From Armatimonadota bacterium (GTDB lineage Bacteria; Armatimonadota; SYMT01): DNA of 64,000 nt. How positions within the stretch are numbered: the stretch's first letter is position 1; every line of letters begins with the position of its first letter. The translations under genes and the position numbers were made by a program. Positions 1 through 8,721 of this stretch are shown piece after piece. The stretch spans positions 128,001-192,000 of the forward strand of contig JAWLHY010000004.1 of the NCBI GenBank assembly GCA_041690135.1, given 5' to 3'. A model generated the notes under the pieces. That model was not told where the DNA came from and ran no database searches. It was given only the letters and a program-made list of their open reading frames with translations.

Positions 1-904
1 CGCCAGCTCCTTCGTCGCGGGGGACAGGGGTCAGGAGTCAGGGATTGGGGGATCGGGATGGACACAACTATCACCCACACCCCGCTGGGGTACCCCGCAT
101 CCAGACGCTGCGCCGCGGCGGCGCCAAACCGCTGCGGCTTCGAGTTCCCGGGGTTCCCATTACGCATTACGCAATACGCATTACGCCGGCGCACCCCGCC
201 CCCCAGCCCCCAACCCCCAGCCCCCCACCCCCAACCTGGCCTGGTCCACCAAGGCTCTCCACCGCCTCATGCTGCTCTCCGCCACCTACCAGCAGTCGTC
301 CCGGCCCGACGACGCACGGATGAAGGCGGGCATGGCAAAAGACCCGGAGAACCGGCACTACTGGCGGATGCCGGTCCGCCGCCTGGAAGCGGAGGCCATC
401 CGCGACAGCATCCTGACCGTGGCCGGCACCTTGAACCGGGAGATGGGAGGACCGCCGGTCTACCCGCCGGTCGATCCCAGCCTGCGAGCCGATACCTTCC
501 AGGGGGTCAACTGGCCGGAAGGCGAAGACAGCTTCAAGACCCGGCGTCGCAGTGTTTACGTAAAGGTCAAGCGCTCGCTCCTGCTGCCCCAGCTCGAAGT
601 GTTCGACTGCCCGGAGATCACTTCGTCGGTGGCGCAGCGGAACGTCACGATCACTCCGCTCCAGGCGCTGACGCTCTTGAACGATCCGCTGATCGTGCGG
701 CAGGCCGGGCTGTTCGCGGAACGGCTCCGGAAAGAGGTCGGCGACGAGCCGCGACGCCAGGTAGAGCGCGCCTACCAGCTCGCCCTGGGCCGCACCCCCA
801 CCCCGGCCGAGCTCCAGTTAAGCCTGCGCTTCCTGGCCAAACGGCCCCTGGCGGACTTCTGCCACGCCGTCCTGAATCTCAACGAGTTCATCTACGTCCC
901 GTAG
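1..904 (+). CDS. DUF1553 (PSD1)-domain protein, C-terminal part (5' end lies outside the window)
   Basis: Frame 2 is open from base 2 to the stop at 904. Motifs WSTKALHRLMLLSATYQQSS, RRLEAEAIRDSIL, RRSVY, TPLQALTLLND and CHAVLNLNEFIYV are typical of DUF1553. Confidence 0.85.
   Translation, partial: ASSFVAGDRGQESGIGGSGWTQLSPTPRWGTPHPDAAPRRRQTAAASSSRGSHYALRNTHYAGAPRPPAPNPQPPTPNLAWSTKALHRLMLLSATYQQSSRPDDARMKAGMAKDPENRHYWRMPVRRLEAEAIRDSILTVAGTLNREMGGPPVYPPVDPSLRADTFQGVNWPEGEDSFKTRRRSVYVKVKRSLLLPQLEVFDCPEITSSVAQRNVTITPLQALTLLNDPLIVRQAGLFAERLRKEVGDEPRRQVERAYQLALGRTPTPAELQLSLRFLAKRPLADFCHAVLNLNEFIYVP
19..236. repeat. Heptamer-repeat element (G-rich arm, CATTACG x4, C-rich arm) lying in frame inside the DUF1553 gene
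   Basis: GGGGACA-GGGGTCA-GGAGTCA-GGGATTG at about 19-57; CATTACG-CATTACG-CAATACG-CATTACG at 158-185; CCCCCAG/CCCCCAA units at about 194-236. Confidence 0.7.
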
Positions 905-919
905 GAACAAACGAAACCC

Positions 920-1159
920 ATGAGTATCACGGTCACCCTGGATGAGGCACGGGCCGGCATTTCGGACCTTCTGGAACGCGTCATCACCGAAGACCAGGAA
1001 GTCATCATTTCGCAGGCGGGACAGCCCGTCGCGCGGCTACTTCCAGTTGGGAAGAAACCTGCCCAGCGCGTCCCCGGCACCGCCATCGGGCGAATAACCC
1101 TCGCCGAGGACTTCGATGCCCCTCTCCCTGAGGAAATCCTTGAAGATGCCCACTCTTGA
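920..1159 (+). CDS. Phd/YefM family antitoxin
   Basis: 79 aa; VTLDEARAGISDLLERV...EVIISQAGQPVARLLP and a C-terminal DFDAPLPEE are typical of prevent-host-death proteins. Confidence 0.85.
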   Translation: MSITVTLDEARAGISDLLERVITEDQEVIISQAGQPVARLLPVGKKPAQRVPGTAIGRITLAEDFDAPLPEEILEDAHS

Positions 1160-1574
1160 AGACGCGATTGCCCTCGCTGCCCAAGCCCATAAGGGCCAAC
1201 AGGATAAGGCCGGCGCCCCCTATATCCTGCACCCCATCCGGGTGATGCTCCGGGTCGAATCGGAGGAAGAGCGGCTGACGGCGATCCTACACGACGTGGT
1301 GGAAGACTCCCCCTACACCGTGGAGAAGCTGCGCGAGCTGGGCTATCCCGAGGCGGTGGTTTCCGCCGTCGATCGCCTGAGCCGTCGGGAGGACGAGACC
1401 TACGACGAGTTCATCGAGCGGATCGCGCCGGACCCCCTCGCCCGCCGCGTGAAGATCGCGGACCTGGAAGACAACATCGACCTGACGCGCATCAAAGACC
1501 CCCAGCAGCGAGACTACGACCGCCTCGCCCGCTACGAAAAGGCCCTCGCTCGTCTCACCGGCTTGCCGGGTTAA
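1146..1574 (+). CDS. HD-domain RelA/SpoT-like small alarmone hydrolase (Mesh1/SAH-like)
   Basis: AHKGQQDKAGAPYILHP, ILHDVVED and VKIADLEDN motifs; the ATG at 1146 overlaps the antitoxin gene. Confidence 0.8.
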   Translation: MPTLEDAIALAAQAHKGQQDKAGAPYILHPIRVMLRVESEEERLTAILHDVVEDSPYTVEKLRELGYPEAVVSAVDRLSRREDETYDEFIERIAPDPLARRVKIADLEDNIDLTRIKDPQQRDYDRLARYEKALARLTGLPG

Positions 1575-1771
1575 CTGACAGAGCGCCGCCAGCCCACCTT
1601 TTGGGGCAGCGAGTGCTCACCGTTGCGGGCAACTCCAGGACCATCCGACCACCGGCGCAAATGCCCCTGTGCACACCCTCAACAGCTTCAACCGTAGGGC
1701 GCACATAGCCTTAACTCCTCAAGGCATATGCCAGTCCATACCTCTCGCACCTGCTGGGAACACTGCGACTT

Positions 1772-1893
1772 CCATCCGTACCCCTTCTGGTCTCCCAATA
1801 CTCCGTGTCCATCCGTTCGATCCGTGCCATCCGTGTCTGAATCCCGCCCGAAGTCTGTGTCCCTTCTCGTACCGTCTCGTGTCCATCTGCGTC
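1772..1893. repeat. Intergenic ATCCGTG-type short tandem repeats
   Basis: tccgtgtccatccgttcgatccgtgccatccgtgtc; similar arrays recur at about 59918-60092. Confidence 0.6.
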
Positions 1894-1951
1894 GGAATTG
1901 AACCCGGAATCTACAGCAGGCAGACCGGCGCCCGCCGCCGAACATCACCGC

Positions 1952-2974
1952 ATGTCCAACCCCTTCCGTGTCGGCCTCACCCGCGACTTCCTGAAACCCG
2001 ACGGCACCCTCGGCTTCGGGGATATCGGTCTCGACCTGCTCGACGCCGCTCCCGGCCTGGAGTGGGAGTTCCTGGCGGAGAACACGCCCGAGCTCACCCC
2101 TGACCAGATTCGCGACTACGACGCCCTGCTCGTCCTCTCCCCCCAGATCACGGCGGCCACGCTGGAGGGCGTGGAGCGACTGTCGGTGGTGGCGCGGTTC
2201 GGCGTGGGGTACGACAACGTCGACGTGCCCGCCTGTACCCGCAGCGGCGTGCTCCTCACCATCACGCCCGACGGCGTCCGCCGGCCGGTGGCGGTGACGG
2301 CCATGACCTTCCTGCTCGCCCTCAGCCATCGCCTGCTGCAGAAAGACCGCCTCACCCGCGAGGGCCGCTGGGCAGAGAAGTTGGACTACATGGGAATGGG
2401 CGTCACCGGCCGCACGCTGGGGGTCATCGGGTTCGGCAACATCGGGAGGGAGATCTTCCACCTCGCCCGGCCGTTCGGGATGCGCCACTTGGCCGCCGAC
2501 CCCCTGGCTTCCGCGGAGGCGGCGCGGGAGTTGGGCGTGGACCTCGTGCCGCTCGACACGCTGCTGGCCGAGTCGGATTACGTCTGCATCTGCTGCGCCC
2601 TCACGGCGGAGACCCATCACCTGCTCGATGCCGCGAAGCTTTCGCTGATGAAGCCGTCGGCGTACCTCATCAACGTCGCCCGCGGGCCCATCGTCGATCA
2701 GCGGGCGCTCACGGAAGCCCTGCGTGAGGAGCGGATCGCCGGGGCGGGACTGGACGTGTTCGAACGAGAGCCGGTCGATCCCGAGGACCCCATCCTCACC
2801 CTGGATAACGTGATCGTGGCGCCCCACGCCCTTTGCTGGACCGACGAATGCTTCCTGGGAAACGGCCGCAGCGCGTGCGAGAGCATCCTCGACGTGGCCG
2901 CGGGACGTGTGCCCCGGTATGTGGTCAACCGGGAGGCGCTCAACCACCCCCGGCTCAAGGAACGACTGAAATGA
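1952..2974 (+). CDS. D-isomer-specific 2-hydroxyacid dehydrogenase (SerA-like)
   Basis: RFGVGYDNVD, Rossmann GFGNIG, INVARGPIVD, GAGLDVFEREP and APH motifs. Confidence 0.9.
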   Translation: MSNPFRVGLTRDFLKPDGTLGFGDIGLDLLDAAPGLEWEFLAENTPELTPDQIRDYDALLVLSPQITAATLEGVERLSVVARFGVGYDNVDVPACTRSGVLLTITPDGVRRPVAVTAMTFLLALSHRLLQKDRLTREGRWAEKLDYMGMGVTGRTLGVIGFGNIGREIFHLARPFGMRHLAADPLASAEAARELGVDLVPLDTLLAESDYVCICCALTAETHHLLDAAKLSLMKPSAYLINVARGPIVDQRALTEALREERIAGAGLDVFEREPVDPEDPILTLDNVIVAPHALCWTDECFLGNGRSACESILDVAAGRVPRYVVNREALNHPRLKERLK

Positions 2975-3753
2975 GAGAGAACCGCGTCAAGCGCATGCTG
3001 CAGCAGGGGGGGACTGCCCTCGGCACGATGGTGATGGAGTTCAACACCAGCGGGATCGGCCGGATCGCCGCCGACGCCGGCGCCGAGTTCGTGGTGTTCG
3101 ACCAGGAGCATACCGGCTGGAGCGTGGAGACGGTCCGCGCCCTGATCGCTACGTCCCGCTCCGCCGACCTGGCCCCCTTCGTGCGCGTCCCTGCCACCCA
3201 GTACCACCTGCTGGCTCGGGTCATGGACATGGGCGCGATGGGCCTCATGGTCCCGATGGTCGAGACAGAAGAGCAGGCCCGCCTCGTGGTGCAAAGCGCG
3301 AAGTACCCCCCGGTGGGGCGCCGGGGTGCCGGCTTCGGCCTCGCCCACGACGATTACCTGGACGGCGACATCCTGGAAAAGATGCGCAGCGCCAACACGG
3401 AGGGCCTGATCATCACCCAGATCGAAACGGCCCTCGGCGTCGAGAACGCCGAACGGATCGCGGCAGTGGAAGGGGTCGACGTCCTCTGGATCGGGCACTT
3501 CGATCTCACCAACTCGCTCGGCATCCCCGGCCAGTTCCGCCACCCGGACTACCTGGCCGCCGTCGACCGCGTCCTCGCTGCGTGCTCCCGCCACGGCAAG
3601 GCGCCCGGCATCATGGTCGGCAGCGTGGATGAGGGCCGCGCCCACCTGGAACTGGGGTTCCGCATCGTTGCCTACTGGGCTGATCTCTGGATCTACAAGT
3701 CCGCCCTGCGAGCGAGTCTCGCCGCCCTCCGCTCTCCTGGCGAGAATGCGTAA
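2971..3753 (+). CDS. HpcH/HpaI aldolase family protein
   Basis: FDQEH, VRVP, MVPMVET, KYPPVGRRG, QIET and DVLWIGHFDL motifs; ATGA overlap with the upstream dehydrogenase. Confidence 0.9.
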   Translation: MRENRVKRMLQQGGTALGTMVMEFNTSGIGRIAADAGAEFVVFDQEHTGWSVETVRALIATSRSADLAPFVRVPATQYHLLARVMDMGAMGLMVPMVETEEQARLVVQSAKYPPVGRRGAGFGLAHDDYLDGDILEKMRSANTEGLIITQIETALGVENAERIAAVEGVDVLWIGHFDLTNSLGIPGQFRHPDYLAAVDRVLAACSRHGKAPGIMVGSVDEGRAHLELGFRIVAYWADLWIYKSALRASLAALRSPGENA

Positions 3754-4229
3754 TCGCGATCGTGATCGTAATCGAGATCGAATCTATCCCGGCCATCAGA
3801 GCAGACGCCATGGTTGGTTGACGGGCGCATTGTCAGCCTCTGGGGAAGGGACAGCGCGTTGTTCCTCGGGCCCGCTCCAACTTCAGTCGGGGTATACTCG
3901 TCCTATGGCAAAGGATGTAGCGGCGCATCCGGTAAAGAGAGTGCGTTTTCCCGACCAGGCCATCGCCGTCTTGAGGAGAGAATCCCACCTCCGGACCTGC
4001 ACTGTAGGGAATGCGATGCCGTTCCATTCCGCTGTCGGTGAAGCTGAAGCCGTTACGCCGACCCGGATCGGCCTTGGACGTGGACTTCCGCGAGTTGGCA
4101 GGACCTGATCGCATCCGAAACAGCGGAACGCTGCGGCGAGACGTTCCCTACGGGTGCCATTTTCCGAGGTCCGCCAGCTGTAGAACAGGAGTCGAGGGGA
4201 GATTCCGAGAGAGCACGAGGGTTGATGAG

Positions 4230-5690
4230 ATGGCGAGCAACAAGCGATTACTCAACCAGTCCACCTGGGTCAGCCGGCGCGACTTCCTGAACCGTGCCGG
4301 GGGCGGCATCGGGGGTCTCGCGCTTGCCACGCTCCTGGCGCAGGAGTCCCGAGCCGCCGCACCGGAAGCCGGCCCCAAACCGGAAGTGGATCCCCTCGCC
4401 GAGCGGGAGCCGCACTTCCGGCCCCGCGCCAAGCGCGTCATTTCCATCTTCCTCTTCGGCGGTCTCAGTCATATCGACAGCTTCGACCCTAAGGAAGAGC
4501 TCACCCGGCGCGACGGCGAACCGGTGGCCGGCAAGCAGGGATTCGACACCATGGGTCGCAGCGCTCCCGGCAAGCTGATGAAGAGCCCGTGGTCGTTCAA
4601 GCGGTACGGCCGGTGCGGCATGCCAGTCTCGGACCTCTTCCCCGCCATCGGCGCGTGCGCGGACGAGCTGGCGCTGATCCGCTCCATGAAGTCGGAGAGC
4701 AACAACCACGTCCCCGCCCTCTATCACATCCTCACCGGCAGCACCTTCGGCGGCCGCCCCGGCCTCGGCTCCTGGGTCACCTACGGCCTCGGTACGGAGA
4801 ACCAGAACCTGCCGGCCTTCGTGGTGATGACCGATCCTCGGGCCCTCGTGGGCGGCGGCGCCAGTAACTGGAGCTCCGGGTTCCTGCCCTCGAACTACCA
4901 GGGAGTGCAATTCCGCAGCTCGGGGCTGCCGGTCCTCAACCTCAAGCCGCCGGACGGAGTGACGCCGGAAAAGCAGCGGGAACAGTTGGATCTCATCGGG
5001 CGGCTCAACGAGGAGTTCCTGAAGACGCGCCCCTGGGAATCGGACCTGGCCGCCCGCATCCGGTCCTACGAGCTCGCCTATCGCATGCAGGCGGAGGCCA
5101 CCGAGGCCGTGGACCTCACTCGGGAAACGGAGACCACCCGCAGACTCTACGGGATGGACCAGCCGCAGACGGAGATGTTCGGGCGCCAATGCCTCCTTGC
5201 CCGGCGCCTGGTGGAGCGCGGCGTCCGGTTCGTCCAGCTCTTCAGCGGCGGCGGCGTCTTCGACCAGAACTGGGACGCGCATAACGGCATCGTCAAGAAC
5301 CACGAGATGCACGCCCGCGAGGTGGACGTGCCGGTCGCCGGACTACTCCGGGATCTCCGCCAGCGCGGCCTGCTGGACGAGACCCTCGTGGTCTTCCACA
5401 CCGAGTTCGGCCGGATGCCGTTCACGGAGGGGAGCACCGGACGGGACCACAACCCCCATGCTTTCAGCGTCTGGCTGGCGGGGGCGGGCGTGCGGGGCGG
5501 AACGATTTTCGGCGCGTCGGACGAGATCGGGTACCGCGTGGCGGAGAAGCCGCAAAGCGTTTATGATTTGAACGCCACCCTCCTGCATTTGCTGGGGCTG
5601 AATCACGAGCGCCTGACCTACCATTACAATGGGCGCGACATGCGCCTGACCGATGTCAGCGGGATCGTGATGCGCGAGATCCTCTCCTGA
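4230..5690 (+). CDS. DUF1501 domain protein with twin-arginine signal
   Basis: SRRDFL Tat motif; GGLSHIDSFDPK, GSWVTYGLGTENQNLPAFVV, CLLARRLVERGVRFVQ, TEFGRMP and GRDHNP. Confidence 0.9.
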   Translation: MASNKRLLNQSTWVSRRDFLNRAGGGIGGLALATLLAQESRAAAPEAGPKPEVDPLAEREPHFRPRAKRVISIFLFGGLSHIDSFDPKEELTRRDGEPVAGKQGFDTMGRSAPGKLMKSPWSFKRYGRCGMPVSDLFPAIGACADELALIRSMKSESNNHVPALYHILTGSTFGGRPGLGSWVTYGLGTENQNLPAFVVMTDPRALVGGGASNWSSGFLPSNYQGVQFRSSGLPVLNLKPPDGVTPEKQREQLDLIGRLNEEFLKTRPWESDLAARIRSYELAYRMQAEATEAVDLTRETETTRRLYGMDQPQTEMFGRQCLLARRLVERGVRFVQLFSGGGVFDQNWDAHNGIVKNHEMHAREVDVPVAGLLRDLRQRGLLDETLVVFHTEFGRMPFTEGSTGRDHNPHAFSVWLAGAGVRGGTIFGASDEIGYRVAEKPQSVYDLNATLLHLLGLNHERLTYHYNGRDMRLTDVSGIVMREILS

Positions 5691-5694
5691 GCCT

Positions 5695-7557
5695 ATGCCC
5701 GAAATTCTCGATGTCCAGAAGCTCCGCCTGATCCAGCAGGCGGAGGCGCCCACAGCCGATGCCGTGCTCGAATGCGACCTCCTGATTGCCGGCGGAAGCC
5801 TGGGAGGGTGCGCCGCCGCCCTGGCCGCCTGCCGCGCGGGCCGAAAAGTGGTGTTGACGGAGGAAACCGACTGGCTCGGCGGGCAGATCACCAGCCAGGG
5901 TGTTTCGGCCCTGGACGAAAACCCCTACATCGAAACGTTCAGCGGCACTCGCTCCTATTACGAACTGCGCGACCTGATCCGCCGCTTCTACCGGGAGAGG
6001 GCCACGCTTTCGGATGCGGGCCGGCAGGCGGCGGCGTTTAACCCCGGCAACGGCTGGGTCAGCCGCCTCTGCTTCGAACCGCGCGCCGGCCTGTGGGCGC
6101 TGGAGCAGTTGCTCCATCCATTTGAAGAGTCCGGCCAGTTGACGGTCCTGCTCCGCTACCGCGCCGTCTCGGCGGAAGTAACGGACGACACGGTGCGCTC
6201 GGTGCTGTTCCGGCATCTCGACGGGCCGGAACACGTCGCCGTCCGGGCCGACTTCGTGCTGGACGCCACGGAGCTAGGGGACCTGCTGCCGCTTACCGGC
6301 GCGGAATATGTCTTGGGCGCGGAGAGCCGGGAGGAGACCGGCGAGCCGCACGCTCTCGACGGGCCCACCCGGCCGGAGTGGGTGCAGTCGTTCACCTACC
6401 CGTTCGTGCTGGAACATCGAGCCGGAGAGCGTCACTCGATCGCGTGCCCACCCGACTACGCGCTCAATGCCGAACGGCAGCCGTACACTCTGCGGCACTG
6501 GTACGACGACGAGCGCGGCTGGGTGACCTACCGCATGTTCGCGGAGACGGAAGGCACCGCCGGCCCCTTCTGGACTTACCGACGGTTGGTCGACGCGCGT
6601 AACTTCGACGACTCTCGCTACACACACGACCTGGCGATGATCAACTGGCCGGGGAATGATTACCGCCACGGAGGCATCGTCGACGTGCCGCCCGCACAGG
6701 CCCTGGCCGCATTGGAATCCGCCCGGCGCCTCAGTCTGGGGTTCTGTTACTGGCTCCAGAACCACTGCCCTCGCGACGACGGCGGCACGGGTTACGGGGA
6801 GCTGCACCTCCGCCCGGACATCCTGGGCACCGGCGACGGTCTCTCCCGCTATCCCTATATCCGCGAGTCACGGCGAATTCGCTCCGTGCGCCCGATCCTG
6901 GAAACGGATATCAGCGCGGCCTACCATTCCGGAGCGCGCGCCGGATACTTCCCCGACAGCGTCGGCGTGGGCTACTATCCCATCGATATCCATCCCACCG
7001 AGGGGGAGGGGAAGATGCCGCCGGCACGGACCCTTCCCTTCCAGATCCCGCTTTCGGCCCTGGTGCCGGTGCGCATCAAGAACCTGCTGCCGGCCTGCAA
7101 AAACATCGGCACGACCCACATTACGAACGGGGCTTACCGCCTTCACCCGACGGAATGGAACATCGGCGAGGCGGCGGCCCTTCTGGCGGTCTTCTGCCTG
7201 GACCGCAGCCTCTCGCCGCAAACGGTCCTGGAAGATGGTCACCGCCGCCGCCGCTTCCAGCGCCGCCTGGTGCGCTCGGGACTCCCGATCCACTGGTTCA
7301 CCGACCTTCCCCTCTCCCATTCCGCCTTCGAAGCGGCCCAACTGGTGGCCGGATGGGGCGTATGGACCGGCGATCCGAATTCTCTCGAGGCCCGGCCCAC
7401 GCAGGCGGCGGGACCCGCGGAGTTGCGGACGTTCACAGAGGCGCCGCGGTGGGCCCGCGAGCGAGTCGAGCGGCTCCTGTCCACCTGGCTCCCCCGCTGG
7501 CCCGACACGGATCGCGCCACCCTCCTCCGCGCCGCCTACGCTGTGCTGAGCATCTAA
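5695..7557 (+). CDS. FAD-dependent oxidoreductase
   Basis: N-terminal IAGGSLGG FAD motif; DATELGDL, PYIRESRRI, PFQIPL and KNIGTTHITNGAYRLHPTEW. Confidence 0.85.
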   Translation: MPEILDVQKLRLIQQAEAPTADAVLECDLLIAGGSLGGCAAALAACRAGRKVVLTEETDWLGGQITSQGVSALDENPYIETFSGTRSYYELRDLIRRFYRERATLSDAGRQAAAFNPGNGWVSRLCFEPRAGLWALEQLLHPFEESGQLTVLLRYRAVSAEVTDDTVRSVLFRHLDGPEHVAVRADFVLDATELGDLLPLTGAEYVLGAESREETGEPHALDGPTRPEWVQSFTYPFVLEHRAGERHSIACPPDYALNAERQPYTLRHWYDDERGWVTYRMFAETEGTAGPFWTYRRLVDARNFDDSRYTHDLAMINWPGNDYRHGGIVDVPPAQALAALESARRLSLGFCYWLQNHCPRDDGGTGYGELHLRPDILGTGDGLSRYPYIRESRRIRSVRPILETDISAAYHSGARAGYFPDSVGVGYYPIDIHPTEGEGKMPPARTLPFQIPLSALVPVRIKNLLPACKNIGTTHITNGAYRLHPTEWNIGEAAALLAVFCLDRSLSPQTVLEDGHRRRRFQRRLVRSGLPIHWFTDLPLSHSAFEAAQLVAGWGVWTGDPNSLEARPTQAAGPAELRTFTEAPRWARERVERLLSTWLPRWPDTDRATLLRAAYAVLSI

Positions 7558-7560
7558 CCG

Positions 7561-8124
7561 TCAGGCGGCCTTGCGTCCCGCCTGCTGTAACCCGAAGAGC
7601 TCCAGCATGGCGTTGTTGAACACGGGGATATCCTTCGGGTTCCGCGCGGTGACGATATTCCCGTCCACCACAGGAGCATCGTCCACCCATTCCGCCCCCG
7701 CATTCAACAGGTCGTCCTTAATCGTGTGGTAACTGGTGACGGAGCGGTCTTCGACGAGATCCGCCGAGACCAGCACCCACGGCCCATGGCAAATCACCGC
7801 CATCGGCTTGCCTGCGTCATCGAAGTCGCGGACGAACTCCAGCACCCGTTCGTCCGCCCGGAGTTGATCCGGGCTGTGGGCGCCTCCGGGCACGAGCAGC
7901 GCGTCGTAGTCATCGGCACTGGCCTGGTCGATGGTCCGGTCCACCGGGAAGGCATCACCCTTTTCGAAGTGGTTGAACCCCTGGACCATTCCCGGTTTGA
8001 GGGAAATCACTTCCACCGTGGCGCCCGCCTGTTGGAGCGCCTTGCACGGTTCGGTGAACTCGATCTGTTCGAACCCGTCCGCCATGAGGGCGGCCACCCT
8101 GAAGTTCTGGTTCTGCTGTGCCAT
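7561..8124 (-). CDS. PfpI/DJ-1 family (type 1 glutamine amidotransferase-like) stress protein
   Basis: DGFEQIE, DYDALLVPGG, nucleophile elbow AVICHGPW and VDGNIVTAR. Confidence 0.92.
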   Translation of the reverse strand: MAQQNQNFRVAALMADGFEQIEFTEPCKALQQAGATVEVISLKPGMVQGFNHFEKGDAFPVDRTIDQASADDYDALLVPGGAHSPDQLRADERVLEFVRDFDDAGKPMAVICHGPWVLVSADLVEDRSVTSYHTIKDDLLNAGAEWVDDAPVVDGNIVTARNPKDIPVFNNAMLELFGLQQAGRKAA

Positions 8125-8274
8125 TCTGAATCCCCATGCCCCATCCTGCGCCATCCTGGTGCTGTCGCGGGGCTGTCTCGGAACGTCTTTACCCCGGCGG
8201 GAGCACAGCATAACTCGGATTGAAGTCGCCGCCCTCGCCGCCGACGATGGCAAGTGGAAGGGGAAAGCTGAAGG

Positions 8275-8559
8275 ATGCAATCACGCGGACAAACCGCCTG
8301 GATTATCGCCGGGGCCGTGCTGGGAGGGCTGATCGTGGGTCCCTTCCGGTTGGAGCCCGGCTGGCTGTGGGGCATGGTCGGGGGTGCGTTCGGAGGTGCC
8401 CTGGGCGCCGCCGCAGCCTTCCTCGCCGGCCGGCCGTGGCATCCCGCTCTCCGGGCCGTGGCTGCGTTCGCCGTCTTCGTCGGCGGCTTTCTCGGGCTGT
8501 GGCTCCTGACCAGCTTCCGGTCGCTCCTCGAGTGGGTGGAAGCCACGCTCCCCCGCTGA
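8275..8559 (+). CDS. Small membrane protein
   Basis: 94 aa with three Gly/Ala-rich hydrophobic segments and GC3-rich codons. Confidence 0.6.
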   Translation: MQSRGQTAWIIAGAVLGGLIVGPFRLEPGWLWGMVGGAFGGALGAAAAFLAGRPWHPALRAVAAFAVFVGGFLGLWLLTSFRSLLEWVEATLPR

Positions 8560-8721
8560 CCCGCAGCTCCGACCCGTTGTTCCGTCCGGCTCCTCCTCCC
8601 GCTCCTTGCGCCGCTGCCACAGAAGCCCAACGTTTGCTCGGTTCGCGGATGCGGGGATAACCGGCGAAAGGCTGGTTCCATGCCAGGCCCTTTTCGGCTT
8701 GATCGGCCCCCTGGGTGTAGA

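Noticed and set aside
3786-4229. Short ORFs between the aldolase and DUF1501 genes
   Set aside because: No recognisable motifs, RBS or consistent codon bias.
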